A stretch of DNA of 64,000 nucleotides, taken from the NCBI GenBank assembly GCA_964384235.1, contig CAYLJX010000004.1, positions 15,916 to 79,915 of the forward strand. Direction: 5' to 3'. The DNA comes from an uncultured Bdellovibrionales bacterium. GTDB lineage: Bacteria; Patescibacteriota; Minisyncoccia; Moranbacterales; UBA1568. This document shows positions 9,602 to 18,481 of the stretch, in pieces. Each line of letters opens with the position of its first letter. Position 1 is the first letter of the stretch. Below the pieces are notes generated by a model, which made no database searches, had not been told where the DNA came from, and saw only the letters and a program-made list of their open reading frames with translations. A program made the translations under genes and the position numbers.

Positions 9602-10537
9602 TTACGGCGAGACCGTTTCCGGCATATCCCCCATCCTTCGACGCGACAGCCAGAAAAAATAACCGATGATGGCGATGGTTACAAGAGGCGAAAACCATTC
9701 CGGCACATGGTATCCGAAGCCTCCGGAAATCATCACCGCGCCGAGAATAAGGATCGAATACATGGCGCCGTTCTTGAGATAGGCGTAGCGCTTGACGCGC
9801 TCGATATTGGAGACGGTGAGCTGCCGCACCACGATCGCCCCGATGCCGTTCCCGAGAAGGATGAGCGGGACCGAGAGCGTGAAGGCGAAGGCCCCGAGCA
9901 CTCCGTCGATGGAGAAGCTCATATCGATGACTTCCAAGTAGAGGATCTTGCTCACATCGGAGAGATGGCTGTTGTGTACCATCTTCTGTTCCGCTTCCTC
10001 GGCGTGCTGACGGAAACCATGCGTGATGAAGAAAGCCGTCGAACCCACCACGGCCCCGAACGCGAGCATGGGATCGATCTTCATGGCAAACCAGACGATG
10101 ACCGAAAGTGCCACCGAGACGATGGCATAAAACCAGGCGCCCTGCTCGATGAAGAAGCATTCGGCCCGCAGTCCGATCTTCTTGGGCTCGAGAAAGAGCC
10201 AGTGGAGGAACAGGAAGAGGAGGAAGATACCGCCCCCCATGAGGAGGATCGGCGCGGAAGACTGGATAATCGCCGAGACATAGGGATCGTTGGAAAACGT
10301 GGCCGTGAGCGATCCGAACAATCCGAGCTCCGGCGCCGTCGCAAAGACGATGACCCATGGCAGAACGCCGCGCACCAGAAAGACCGCGAAGAAGATTCCC
10401 CACGTCAGGAAGAACCGCCGTGCCTTCTCCCCCATGGTGGAGAGCACTTCGGCGTTGATGACGGCGTTGTCGATGCTCGAGACCGTCTCAAAGAGGATCA
10501 GTCCCAGCACGATGAGTATCATTGAAAAGACATCCAT
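9602..10537 (-). CDS. DUF475/TerC-like integral membrane protein
   Basis: 311 aa with multiple TM helices. The N-terminal ILFETVSSIDNAVINA pattern is typical of the DUF475/TerC superfamily. Frame-shifted and antisense overlapping ORFs (9567-10403 minus, 9596-10525 plus) are judged spurious. Confidence 0.6.
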   Translation of the reverse strand: MDVFSMILIVLGLILFETVSSIDNAVINAEVLSTMGEKARRFFLTWGIFFAVFLVRGVLPWVIVFATAPELGLFGSLTATFSNDPYVSAIIQSSAPILLMGGGIFLLFLFLHWLFLEPKKIGLRAECFFIEQGAWFYAIVSVALSVIVWFAMKIDPMLAFGAVVGSTAFFITHGFRQHAEEAEQKMVHNSHLSDVSKILYLEVIDMSFSIDGVLGAFAFTLSVPLILLGNGIGAIVVRQLTVSNIERVKRYAYLKNGAMYSILILGAVMISGGFGYHVPEWFSPLVTIAIIGYFFWLSRRRMGDMPETVSP

Positions 10538-10540
10538 TCT

Positions 10541-10640
10541 GAAGAATCAGGAATTACGAATCATGAATCAAGAATAGACAAACAAGGGAAGAAATGCAAT
10601 TCCTCGCTCTTGATTCTCAATTCTTGATTCTTTATTCTGC
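10541..10640. repeat. inverted pair of 7-bp tandem-repeat arrays: (NNNGAAT)x5 at 10541-10577, 26-bp spacer, (ATTCNNN)x4-5 at 10604-10640
   Basis: Read directly from the sequence: gaagaat caggaat tacgaat catgaat caagaat ... ctcttg attctca attcttg attcttt attctgc. The element fills the gap between the murF stop and the DUF475 start. Confidence 0.6.
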
Positions 10641-10641
10641 T

Positions 10642-11949
10642 TTACTCAGTCCACTCGGCAGGCGGTACGAAGGGTTTCTTCCGCCATTCTTCCGTCTGTC
10701 GGCAGAGCAGAGCCGGCGCCTCTTTCGGATTGATGAGCAGCTGTTCGACGATCGTCTCCATGCGGAGTCCCTGCGAACCCTTGATGAGGATGAGGTCTTC
10801 CGGATGCACGATGTGGAGAAGCATCTGGATCGCCGAGAGCGGATCGGGAAGCCACAGGACCTGGAGCGGCGGAAAACCGGATGTCATGAGGGCGTCATAC
10901 AGCGCCCGACTGTGTTTGCCCACCGTCACCACCATATGAGCCCCGGAACCGAGGACGGCATCCTTGAGGGCGGCATGTTCCCGATCGGAGTCGGGGCCGA
11001 GCTCCAGCATATCCCCCAAAACTGCGATCTTGCGCGGAGCGGACAGTTCCCGAAGCGTTTCGAGAGCAGCGACTGTCGATACCGGCGAGGCGTTGTACGT
11101 ATCGTCGATCAGGATGGTACCTTCCCTTCCCGGCAAGAGCCGCAACCGTCCCGGGAGCGGTTCGAAGCGCTCCAATGTTCCGGCGATCTCGACCAGGTTC
11201 ATCTTGAGCGCGAGTCCCACGGACACCGCCGAGAGCGCCGCCGGGATATGATGACGTGCGATGAGCTTCGGCAGACGAAGCGGAATCGTCTTGCCGTCGA
11301 AGTTGAGCTTCAGACTGTACCCTTCGACCCGCTTGGCTTCTCGATGAAAAAGAATGTTATCCGCCCGTACTGCCGCACCCTCGGAAAATCCGTACGACAG
11401 CACTTTGGCCTTGGTCTTCTCCGCCATCTTCAGCGTACGCTTGTCATCCGCGTTCACGACAGCGAACCCGTCTTCTGGAAGTCCGACGATCAGGCGTCCT
11501 TTTTCTTTGGCGATATTGGTGATCGATCCGAAAAATTCCATGTGGCTCGACGACACCCCCGTCGCGACACCGACCTTCACCGGCACGAACGACAGGAGAT
11601 AGTCCATATCTCCCGGCCGATCGATTCCCATTTCCAGTACCAGTACCTGGGGATACCGCGTCGGAACCAGCATGAGCCAGAGGAAACGGAAACCCACTCC
11701 CGCCCAGCGAAAGAGGGAACTATTGCCGCTCCTGGCACCCAGGATAGTGAGCGGGATACCGACCTCGTTGTTGTAGTTCCCTTCGGATTTCCGGACATGG
11801 AACTGCGAAGAGAGCACGAGCGCGATCGCTTCCTTGGTCGAGCTTTTTCCCACCGAACCGGTCACTCCCACCACAAGCGGCTCATATTTCCGGAGTACCG
11901 CCTGGGCCATGAAGCGCAGGATCTGTTCCAACAGTTTTCTTTTTGTCAT
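10642..11949 (-). CDS. murF: UDP-N-acetylmuramoyl-tripeptide--D-alanyl-D-alanine ligase
   Basis: Mur ligase motifs are present (GVTGSVGKSSTKE, DDTYNASP). The start is placed at ATG 11949 (MTKRKLL...), giving a 4-nt overlap with the ftsI stop. The ORF track's 34-aa extension is unlikely to be real. Confidence 0.85.
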   Translation of the reverse strand: MTKRKLLEQILRFMAQAVLRKYEPLVVGVTGSVGKSSTKEAIALVLSSQFHVRKSEGNYNNEVGIPLTILGARSGNSSLFRWAGVGFRFLWLMLVPTRYPQVLVLEMGIDRPGDMDYLLSFVPVKVGVATGVSSSHMEFFGSITNIAKEKGRLIVGLPEDGFAVVNADDKRTLKMAEKTKAKVLSYGFSEGAAVRADNILFHREAKRVEGYSLKLNFDGKTIPLRLPKLIARHHIPAALSAVSVGLALKMNLVEIAGTLERFEPLPGRLRLLPGREGTILIDDTYNASPVSTVAALETLRELSAPRKIAVLGDMLELGPDSDREHAALKDAVLGSGAHMVVTVGKHSRALYDALMTSGFPPLQVLWLPDPLSAIQMLLHIVHPEDLILIKGSQGLRMETIVEQLLINPKEAPALLCRQTEEWRKKPFVPPAEWTE

Positions 11950-13724
11950 AACGGCTTTTTCTTCACTTCTTCCGTCGGCTGCACCTTGGAATACTCTAAC
12001 AGGAATTTCATGATCTGGCCAAAGGTCGGCGCGGCGCTCGACTCCGCCCATTCCACGTCCTTAGGGTTGTCGATCTTGACCAGGACGACGAACTTCGGAT
12101 CATCGATCGGAGCGTACCCGACGAACGAACCGATCGACACACCCTCCTCATACCCCTTGGCATCGCTCTTGGCTACCTGCGCCGTGCCCGTCTTGCCCCC
12201 GACGAGATATCCCGGCACATCGGCCCGCTTGCCATGGCCGTTCACGACGACGTTCCGGAGCATTTTGCCGATCTTCCGGCTCGTTTCCTCGCTTAAGACC
12301 TGGCGGATCGTCTCCGGTCGCACGTCCTCCACATCGCCGTCCGCATGGACGACACGGCTCACCAGATGGGGGCGCATGAGTCTGCCGCCGTTCGCGAGCG
12401 CCGCATAGGCCGTCACGAGCTGCAGGGGCGTCACCGTGATGCCCTGACCGAACGAGGCGGTGTAGAACTGGATATCACGCCGCGTATCCTCGAGATGGCG
12501 GATATTTCCGGAGAGCTCCGCCGGCAACTGCACGCCGGTCTTCTCACCGAAACCGAAACGTTTGAAATAATTCCTGAAGGCCGTGTTGCCGACGAGCTTT
12601 TCCACATAGATGACACCCGTATTGATGGATTCCTCCAGGACCTTGGTCATCGAGCTTTTCCCATACACCTTGTCTTCCGAGTTACGGATATGGTACCCGC
12701 CGATGCTCACCACGCCCGTATCGACATATTCCGTGTCCGGCGAGACTTTCCCTTCCTCCAGACCGATAGCCATCGTGATCGGCTTGATCACCGAGCCGGG
12801 TTCGTAGGAGAGGCTCACGGCCGGGTTGAGGAAGCGCGAGTAATCCGTCTCCTCGGAATACCGGTTCGGGTCGAACTGCGGCAGGGACGCCATCGAGAGG
12901 ACGTTCCCGGTCCCGGGATCCATGACGATCGCCGTCACCCGGTCGGCCCGGAATTTTTCCAGCGCCTCCTTGAGGATCTTTTCCGTCTCGTACTGGATGA
13001 CCCGGTCGAGCGTCAGTACGAGAGAGTCGCCGTTTTTCGCGCCGACGACCTCCCGGTCGGAAAACGGGATCCAGCGACCGGCCGCATCCTTCTCCTGGGA
13101 GAGTCGCCCGTCCTGCCCCTTGAGCGCGGCATCGAAAGACGTCTCTATGCCGTACCCGCCGGCCCCCCGCTCATCCAGACTCGCGAACCCGATCACCTGC
13201 GAAGCGAGCTCTCCCGCCGGATAATACCGGTACTTCTCGGGAAGAAGCGCCACTCCGCGGAGTCGCAGCTCTTTCACGCGCGACACCTCGTCGTCACTCA
13301 AGCGTTTCTTGACGATCTCGAACGGATCGTCGGGGCGATCGAGTTTCTCCCGGATGGTCCCGGCATCCAAGGAAAGGACCCGGGACAGTTCGATGGCGGT
13401 CCGGTCCTTCTCGGTCACGTCCTTGGGGACGACGTAGACCGTCTCGTACTCGCGATTGATGGCTATAGGATACGTTCCCTCGCTGTCGCGTATGGATATC
13501 TCTCCCCGGTCGGCGATGATGTCCTGAAAGAGGAAATGCTGGTCGCCGGCAAGCGCCGTCCACTTGTCATGCCCGTATACCTGGAGGAAATACAGCCGGA
13601 CCGTGAGTGCCGCTCCGATCAGAAGAAAAAAGACAAAAAAAAGACGAAGTCTCGTCCCTTCCCCTAATGTCCACCCGGATACCGTTTGCGGTTTGGAGCG
13701 TGAGTGAAAGGAGATCTTGCGCAT
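11946..13724 (-). CDS. ftsI: peptidoglycan D,D-transpeptidase (class B PBP, FtsI-like)
   Basis: 592 aa. N-terminal TM segment. Motifs SxxK (GSVIKP) and KTG (GKTGTA) are present. The gene sits at the ftsI position of the division/cell-wall cluster. Confidence 0.85.
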   Translation of the reverse strand: MRKISFHSRSKPQTVSGWTLGEGTRLRLFFVFFLLIGAALTVRLYFLQVYGHDKWTALAGDQHFLFQDIIADRGEISIRDSEGTYPIAINREYETVYVVPKDVTEKDRTAIELSRVLSLDAGTIREKLDRPDDPFEIVKKRLSDDEVSRVKELRLRGVALLPEKYRYYPAGELASQVIGFASLDERGAGGYGIETSFDAALKGQDGRLSQEKDAAGRWIPFSDREVVGAKNGDSLVLTLDRVIQYETEKILKEALEKFRADRVTAIVMDPGTGNVLSMASLPQFDPNRYSEETDYSRFLNPAVSLSYEPGSVIKPITMAIGLEEGKVSPDTEYVDTGVVSIGGYHIRNSEDKVYGKSSMTKVLEESINTGVIYVEKLVGNTAFRNYFKRFGFGEKTGVQLPAELSGNIRHLEDTRRDIQFYTASFGQGITVTPLQLVTAYAALANGGRLMRPHLVSRVVHADGDVEDVRPETIRQVLSEETSRKIGKMLRNVVVNGHGKRADVPGYLVGGKTGTAQVAKSDAKGYEEGVSIGSFVGYAPIDDPKFVVLVKIDNPKDVEWAESSAAPTFGQIMKFLLEYSKVQPTEEVKKKPL

Positions 13725-13756
13725 AAGGGGGAAAAGTCAGGAAACAGGAAAGGGAT

Positions 13757-14107
13757 CTACCGCAAGGCGACCTTGCCGCGCTCCTCGAGATAGATGACGT
13801 TATCGGGTTTCTGCATGTTCCCCACCTCGCCCGACGACTCCAACCGATAGAGCGAACGCAGGTCGGCTTCCGTGATCTTGAGCTCGGCATTCTCCTCCTT
13901 GAGCCGGTCAATCTCCTTTTCCAGAGTACGGATATGATAACCCTGTACCGCGCTTTGGTTGACCGAATACAGATACCACCCTCCCATGACGAAACAGGTC
14001 ATCAATACACCGATGAGGTACGGATGCACCGAACCGGAGACACTCTTCTTAGGAGACCTCGCGGGAACGGTCGGCTGGTTGTGCTGTACCATACGGCGCA
14101 TACGCAA
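13757..14107 (-). CDS. ftsL: cell division protein FtsL-like (TM anchor plus coiled coil)
   Basis: 116 aa. One TM helix followed by a heptad region (LEKEIDRLKEENAELK). Lies between rsmH and ftsI. Confidence 0.55.
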   Translation of the reverse strand: MRMRRMVQHNQPTVPARSPKKSVSGSVHPYLIGVLMTCFVMGGWYLYSVNQSAVQGYHIRTLEKEIDRLKEENAELKITEADLRSLYRLESSGEVGNMQKPDNVIYLEERGKVALR

Positions 14108-14163
14108 AAAGGATTCGATCAGGTTGTATATTGGTTTTTCTTTTCGGTCCGAAGCTTTCTGCT

Positions 14164-15171
14164 TCAGATCTTTTCCGCGACACGGAGCTTGGCGCTCCGG
14201 GCCCGTGGATTGTCCTCGATCTCTTTCTTGGTCGGAATGATCGGGCGTTTCGTGATGATCTTCAATCGCGGAGACTGCCCGCAGCGACAGACCGGGAACT
14301 CAGGGGGGCAGACGCAGCCGCGAGCCTCTTCCTGAAAGAACCGCTTCACCGCCCTGTCCTCGCCGGAATGAAACGTGATGACCGCCAACCGGCCGCCGGA
14401 TCGAAGCATCCGCATCGCCGCCGGCAGGAACCGCTCCAGACGTTCCTCCTCACGATTGACCGCGATACGGAGTGCTTGGAACGTTTTCGTCGCCGGATGG
14501 ATGCTCATCCGGAAACGCCGTCGTTTCGGATAGGCGCTCTCGATGAGATCCGCGAGCGCTCTGGTCGTCGCGATCGGTTTCTCTGTTCTCGCCGCGACGA
14601 TCGCTTTCGTAATGCGACGACTCTCCGGTTCCTCGCCGTAGTCGTGAAAGATCTTTTCGAGCTCTTCCGGAGCGTACGTATTGACAATTTCGTCCGCCGT
14701 CAACGTTTCGCTTCGATCGAGACGCATGTCGAGCGGCCCGTCCTTCTGAAAAGAAAGTCCGCGCGCATCACTCTCGATCTGATCCGACGAAAACCCCAGG
14801 TCGGCGAGGATCGCATCGACACTCGACACGCCGATCGCCGTCAATCGTTCCTCGAGATCGGCGAAGTTGCTCCGCAGCATGAGAAGTGTTCCCTCCTTGA
14901 ACGCTTCCCGTGCATACGGGACATCCGCGAGCCGATCCTGGAAACGATCGATGGCTTCCTGGTCGGTATCGAATGCGATGAGTCGACCTTCCGGCCTGCC
15001 CGAATCGCAACGCTTCGCTTGCGAATCGTTGCGGGCGGGACGGACGCGCTCGAGCATGGCGAGCGTATGCCCGCCACCGCCCAAGGTCGCATCCACCACC
15101 GTCATTCCTTTGGCAAGGTGCAGCCCTTCCACTGTCTCTTTCAGCAATACCGGAATATGTTTCGTCTTCGA
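14164..15171 (-). CDS. rsmH: 16S rRNA (cytosine1402-N4)-methyltransferase
   Basis: MSKTKHIPVLLKETVEGL..., DATLGGGGH, and the conserved RsmH/MraW C-terminus. The start is placed at ATG 15171. Confidence 0.85.
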   Translation of the reverse strand, partial: SKTKHIPVLLKETVEGLHLAKGMTVVDATLGGGGHTLAMLERVRPARNDSQAKRCDSGRPEGRLIAFDTDQEAIDRFQDRLADVPYAREAFKEGTLLMLRSNFADLEERLTAIGVSSVDAILADLGFSSDQIESDARGLSFQKDGPLDMRLDRSETLTADEIVNTYAPEELEKIFHDYGEEPESRRITKAIVAARTEKPIATTRALADLIESAYPKRRRFRMSIHPATKTFQALRIAVNREEERLERFLPAAMRMLRSGGRLAVITFHSGEDRAVKRFFQEEARGCVCPPEFPVCRCGQSPRLKIITKRPIIPTKKEIEDNPRARSAKLRVAEKI

Positions 15172-15180
15172 CATACAACC

Positions 15181-15290
15181 CAAAACTCAAAAGTCAAAAG
15201 AAATGTCACGCCTGAAAACTTTTTTCACTTTTGATTTTTGACTTGTACTTGTCTTTCGGTTTTCCCTGTTGCCTATCGCCTACTGCCTAT
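15181..15290. repeat. inverted heptamer arrays (CAAAAGT)x3 at 15181-15201, 18-bp spacer, (ACTTTTG-type)x4 at 15227-15254, then (YGCCTAY)x3 at 15270-15290
   Basis: Read directly from the sequence. The arrays fill the mraZ-rsmH intergenic gap, which is normally very short. Confidence 0.55.
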
Positions 15291-15300
15291 ATTTCCTGTC

Positions 15301-15735
15301 CTAATACACTCCCAGCTTCCCAAGCTCCTCCGCGATCTTGCCCGTGTTCTTCTCGGCGGACTGCTTGTACTTCTTCCACTTCTCTTCGCTCCAGATTTCC
15401 AATCGGTTATAGAGTCCCACCACGACCACGTCCTTCCTGAGTCCCGCGTACGACTTGAGGTATTCCGGCACGAGCACGCGGCCCTGACTGTCGAGATCGA
15501 CGTCCGTCGCGCCCGCGAGCATGAGCCGGATGAAACTGCGCGTCCCCGCCTCGCCGACCGGGAGATTGCCGAGCTTCTCGGCGAGTCCCTCCCACACCTT
15601 CATCGGATAGACAAAGAGACAGTCATCGAGACCGCGCGTCACCACCACGCGGCTCCCGAGCTCCCCGCGGAACTTCGAAGGAAGCGCGAGGCGCTTCTTG
15701 GGATCGATGGTATGTGAGTATTCGCCGATGAACAT
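15301..15735 (-). CDS. mraZ: transcriptional regulator MraZ
   Basis: MFIGEYSHTIDPKKRLALPSKFR matches the MraZ N-terminus. The start is placed at the internal ATG 15735. The ORF track's 42-aa extension to 15861 is judged spurious. Confidence 0.85.
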   Translation of the reverse strand: MFIGEYSHTIDPKKRLALPSKFRGELGSRVVVTRGLDDCLFVYPMKVWEGLAEKLGNLPVGEAGTRSFIRLMLAGATDVDLDSQGRVLVPEYLKSYAGLRKDVVVVGLYNRLEIWSEEKWKKYKQSAEKNTGKIAEELGKLGVY

Positions 15736-15931
15736 GACGCTCGGAAAAGGAATTACTCCGCGACGAAAACCAAAATGAAGAAACTTCAGAGAAAACATTT
15801 TCCCCCTGAAATGTTTCAAAGAAGATAGTGGTGCCTTTTCAAGTTCCCCACTTTCACCCACTTTGGTTCACCGTATCCCCATTGTACGCCACCCCTCCAC
15901 CCCCGTCAACATTCCGACTTATCCACAACAA

Positions 15932-15953
15932 AAACGGCTCTGCAGAGCCGTTT
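15932..15953 (-). terminator. perfect 22-bp palindrome aaacggctctgcagagccgttt; likely intrinsic terminator of pepA (minus strand)
   Basis: 11-bp perfect stem. On the minus strand it is followed by UUUUGUUGUGG. Lies about 200 nt downstream of the pepA stop. Confidence 0.45.
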
Positions 15954-16159
15954 ACCAACAAACCAAGAGTTTTCAAAACTTTCATTTTCTTTCTCCGTGT
16001 GACGTCGGTAACATTTCTCACGAACGAGCCGGTAACGGTCGAGCGTGACAGATGGTCTCGACAGGACAGCTCCCCGTTCGGCAGAGTGAGTAAGAAATGT
16101 TCGACGGAACGAAAGGGAAAGAAAATGCAAAGATTTTGAAAACGTTCCGTTAAATCTAA

Positions 16160-17563
16160 TCAGAACTTTTCTAGCAACTTCACTAATAGTCGTACCGGGG
16201 CGCCGGCAGAACCCTTGGAGAGGAACTCGTCGGGAAGCGTTTCCATGCGCGGCGCGATATCGAGATGCACCCACGGGTACGCTTTGTCCACGAACTGTTT
16301 GAGAAACGCGGCGGCCGTGATCGCTCCGCCCCATCTGGTCTTGCCAAAGTTGGAAATATCGCCGAAGGTACCCTTGATATCCTGATCGTACTCGTCCCAG
16401 AGCGGAAGCGGCCAGACATAGTCACCGCTCTCCTCGCCGAGATGACGGAAACGCCGTTCGAGTTCCTCGTTCTCCGTAAAGAGCGCGCTCGCCCGTTCGC
16501 CGAGCGCCACCATCGCCGCACCGGTAAGTGTCGCCACGTCCACGACGAGTGACGGCTTGTACCGCTTGGCATAGTGAAGCGCGTCGGCCAAGATGATGCG
16601 GCCCTCCGCATCGGTATTGTCCACCTGGATGGTCTTGCCGCTCATGGAGCGGAGCACATCACCGGGCCGGTAGCTCGATCCGGACGGCATGTTCTCGACT
16701 GCCGGAATGAGCGCGACGATATTCTTCTTCAGTTTCAGACGCGCCGCCGCCGCGAGCGCGTGGATGACCGCTGCGCCCCCTGACATGTCCATGTTCATCC
16801 CGAGGACGGCCTCGCTCGGCTTGAGGTTGATACCGCCCGTATCAAACGTCACGCCCTTGCCGACCAACACGATGGATTTTTCCTTTGCATTTTTTGCACC
16901 GAAATATTCGAGAATGATGAATCGTGGTTTCGCCTCCGATCCCTTACCGACACCGAGCACGCCACCCATCTTGAGTTTTTTCATGGCTTCCTCGTCAAGC
17001 ACCGTGAGCTTCACCGGCAGCCCCTTGACCGATGCCCTGACGTGCTTGGCCAGGAGCTCCGGCGTCATCTCGCCGCCAGGCATGGTCGCGATGTGACGCG
17101 AACGGTTCGTCTCTTCCCCGACGACTTGCCCCCGCTCGATGCCGTCACGCACTTCCTTGCCGGCCGCGTTCACCAGGACGATTTCCTCGACATGCACGAA
17201 CCCCTCCTTCGGCTCGGAGAGAAAATCCTCGAACGCGAAATCCGCCAGAAAACAATTGACTGCCAGGAGCTCCGCAAGGTCTCTATCGCTCATTCCAAGA
17301 TGCGGGAAGCGAAACGATGAAAAATCGATGACAATCGTCTTGTATTTCCTGGCGATAGCCTCACGCACGATGCGCCGCGCGAGAAGGATGAGTTTCCGTC
17401 GTGTCATCTCGTCACTCTTGCCAACGACGAGCGAGATCGTCGCCCGACCACCCTGTTCACGGAGCACTCCGTCTTTTCCTTCTTCCGCGAGTACGGCCGC
17501 AAGCGTGCCTTTCTTCTGCCAGTACGATACATTTTCCCGAGAGATCTTGAAACGCATAGGCAA
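16160..17563 (-). CDS. pepA: leucyl aminopeptidase (M17 family)
   Basis: 467 aa carrying the M17 signature NTDAEGRIILADAL and metal-binding residues. Confidence 0.85.
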   Translation of the reverse strand: MPMRFKISRENVSYWQKKGTLAAVLAEEGKDGVLREQGGRATISLVVGKSDEMTRRKLILLARRIVREAIARKYKTIVIDFSSFRFPHLGMSDRDLAELLAVNCFLADFAFEDFLSEPKEGFVHVEEIVLVNAAGKEVRDGIERGQVVGEETNRSRHIATMPGGEMTPELLAKHVRASVKGLPVKLTVLDEEAMKKLKMGGVLGVGKGSEAKPRFIILEYFGAKNAKEKSIVLVGKGVTFDTGGINLKPSEAVLGMNMDMSGGAAVIHALAAAARLKLKKNIVALIPAVENMPSGSSYRPGDVLRSMSGKTIQVDNTDAEGRIILADALHYAKRYKPSLVVDVATLTGAAMVALGERASALFTENEELERRFRHLGEESGDYVWPLPLWDEYDQDIKGTFGDISNFGKTRWGGAITAAAFLKQFVDKAYPWVHLDIAPRMETLPDEFLSKGSAGAPVRLLVKLLEKF

Positions 17564-17714
17564 AACCTTATCCGTTTATGGAAGTAGTATCCTACCATGT
17601 TTTAAAAAAAAGAAAAACCCGGGGCCATGTTGGACCGCCGGGGAAACCCGTCGAAGGTGGGAGGTTCCTTCACCAGGAAAGGGCTCGTTACATGCTTCTC
17701 AATACGAGAGACGG

Positions 17715-17861
17715 TTACTAGGAACCGTCTTCCTCGTGATCGTCGTCTCCGCCCCTTACCGGTTCATCGAGCTTCTCTTCGCTCGTTTCCGGATTCTCCG
17801 AAAAGTAACGATGACTGGTCAGCATGAACACCAGCCTTACAACAGTATCCGACACCTGCAT
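17715..17861 (-). CDS. possible small acidic protein (48 aa), speculative
   Basis: ATG preceded by GGAGAGAG. The stop codon lies in the loop of an 8-bp hairpin (17710-17731). The ORF is below the track's length cutoff. Confidence 0.25.
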
Positions 17862-18054
17862 ACTCTCTCCTTCCCATTCCAGTTGTTAAGATCCTAAAAA
17901 ACAAAAACGGCCGCGCGCAACGGTGGGTCGTTTTTCTCTGTGCCAAAATCCCCTCAGGCACCAAGAGAGTCTAGCACGGATTCCTCCCCATGTCAATTCT
18001 CACAAGAAAAGCAAAAGACCCGCGAGCAGATCTTCTGCTTACGAGCCATAGCTC

Positions 18055-18405
18055 TCACGAAACTCCCAGAAACGGGAAGATCTGGACACGTACCGGGAGA
18101 TCACGCCCACCGTCCGGAAGATGCTTCCGTACCTCCTGCACGATGAAATCCTCGCATTCAGCATGCCGCTCATGGTGTTCCGAGGAACCGCTCGTCCAAA
18201 TGACGATCTCGACGGCGGACATATTGACGTCCGCCGGCCCGGCCGCTTGCACCGCTACCCTGACATCGGACGATGCGACGCGCTTGCCCGCACCTTTCCC
18301 TTCCGGATCGAACAGTGCCGAAACGATACCGGGAAGAGCGCCCGCAAGACGCCTCAGCTGGTCGCTTTTCAATCCGTTCTTGTACCACAGCATCACCAAC
18401 GGCAT
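18055..18405 (-). CDS. tautomerase-superfamily-like protein (Met-Pro N-terminus), hypothetical
   Basis: AAGGAG RBS sits 7 nt upstream of the internal ATG 18405, giving MPLVMLWYKNG... The Pro1 position and the overall beta-alpha-beta pattern resemble 4-OT/DUF1904-type tautomerases. The ORF track's 20-aa extension is unlikely to be real. Confidence 0.45.
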   Translation of the reverse strand: MPLVMLWYKNGLKSDQLRRLAGALPGIVSALFDPEGKGAGKRVASSDVRVAVQAAGPADVNMSAVEIVIWTSGSSEHHERHAECEDFIVQEVRKHLPDGGRDLPVRVQIFPFLGVS

Positions 18406-18481
18406 GATTTCTCTCCTTGTTAAGTTTCTGTCCAAATGGACTCCCGACGATACCATGTATCCCATCTTTTGTCCGCTTCCG

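Noticed and set aside
15736-17563. N-terminal extensions in the ORF track (for example mraZ to 15861, murF to 12051, bcp to 44303, rmlB to 8600, REC to 39298, gene 21463 to 22026).
   Set aside because: The extensions have atypical AT-rich or low-complexity codon usage and lack an RBS. Alignment to known family N-termini and internal ATGs with an RBS or ATGA coupling support the shorter starts used.
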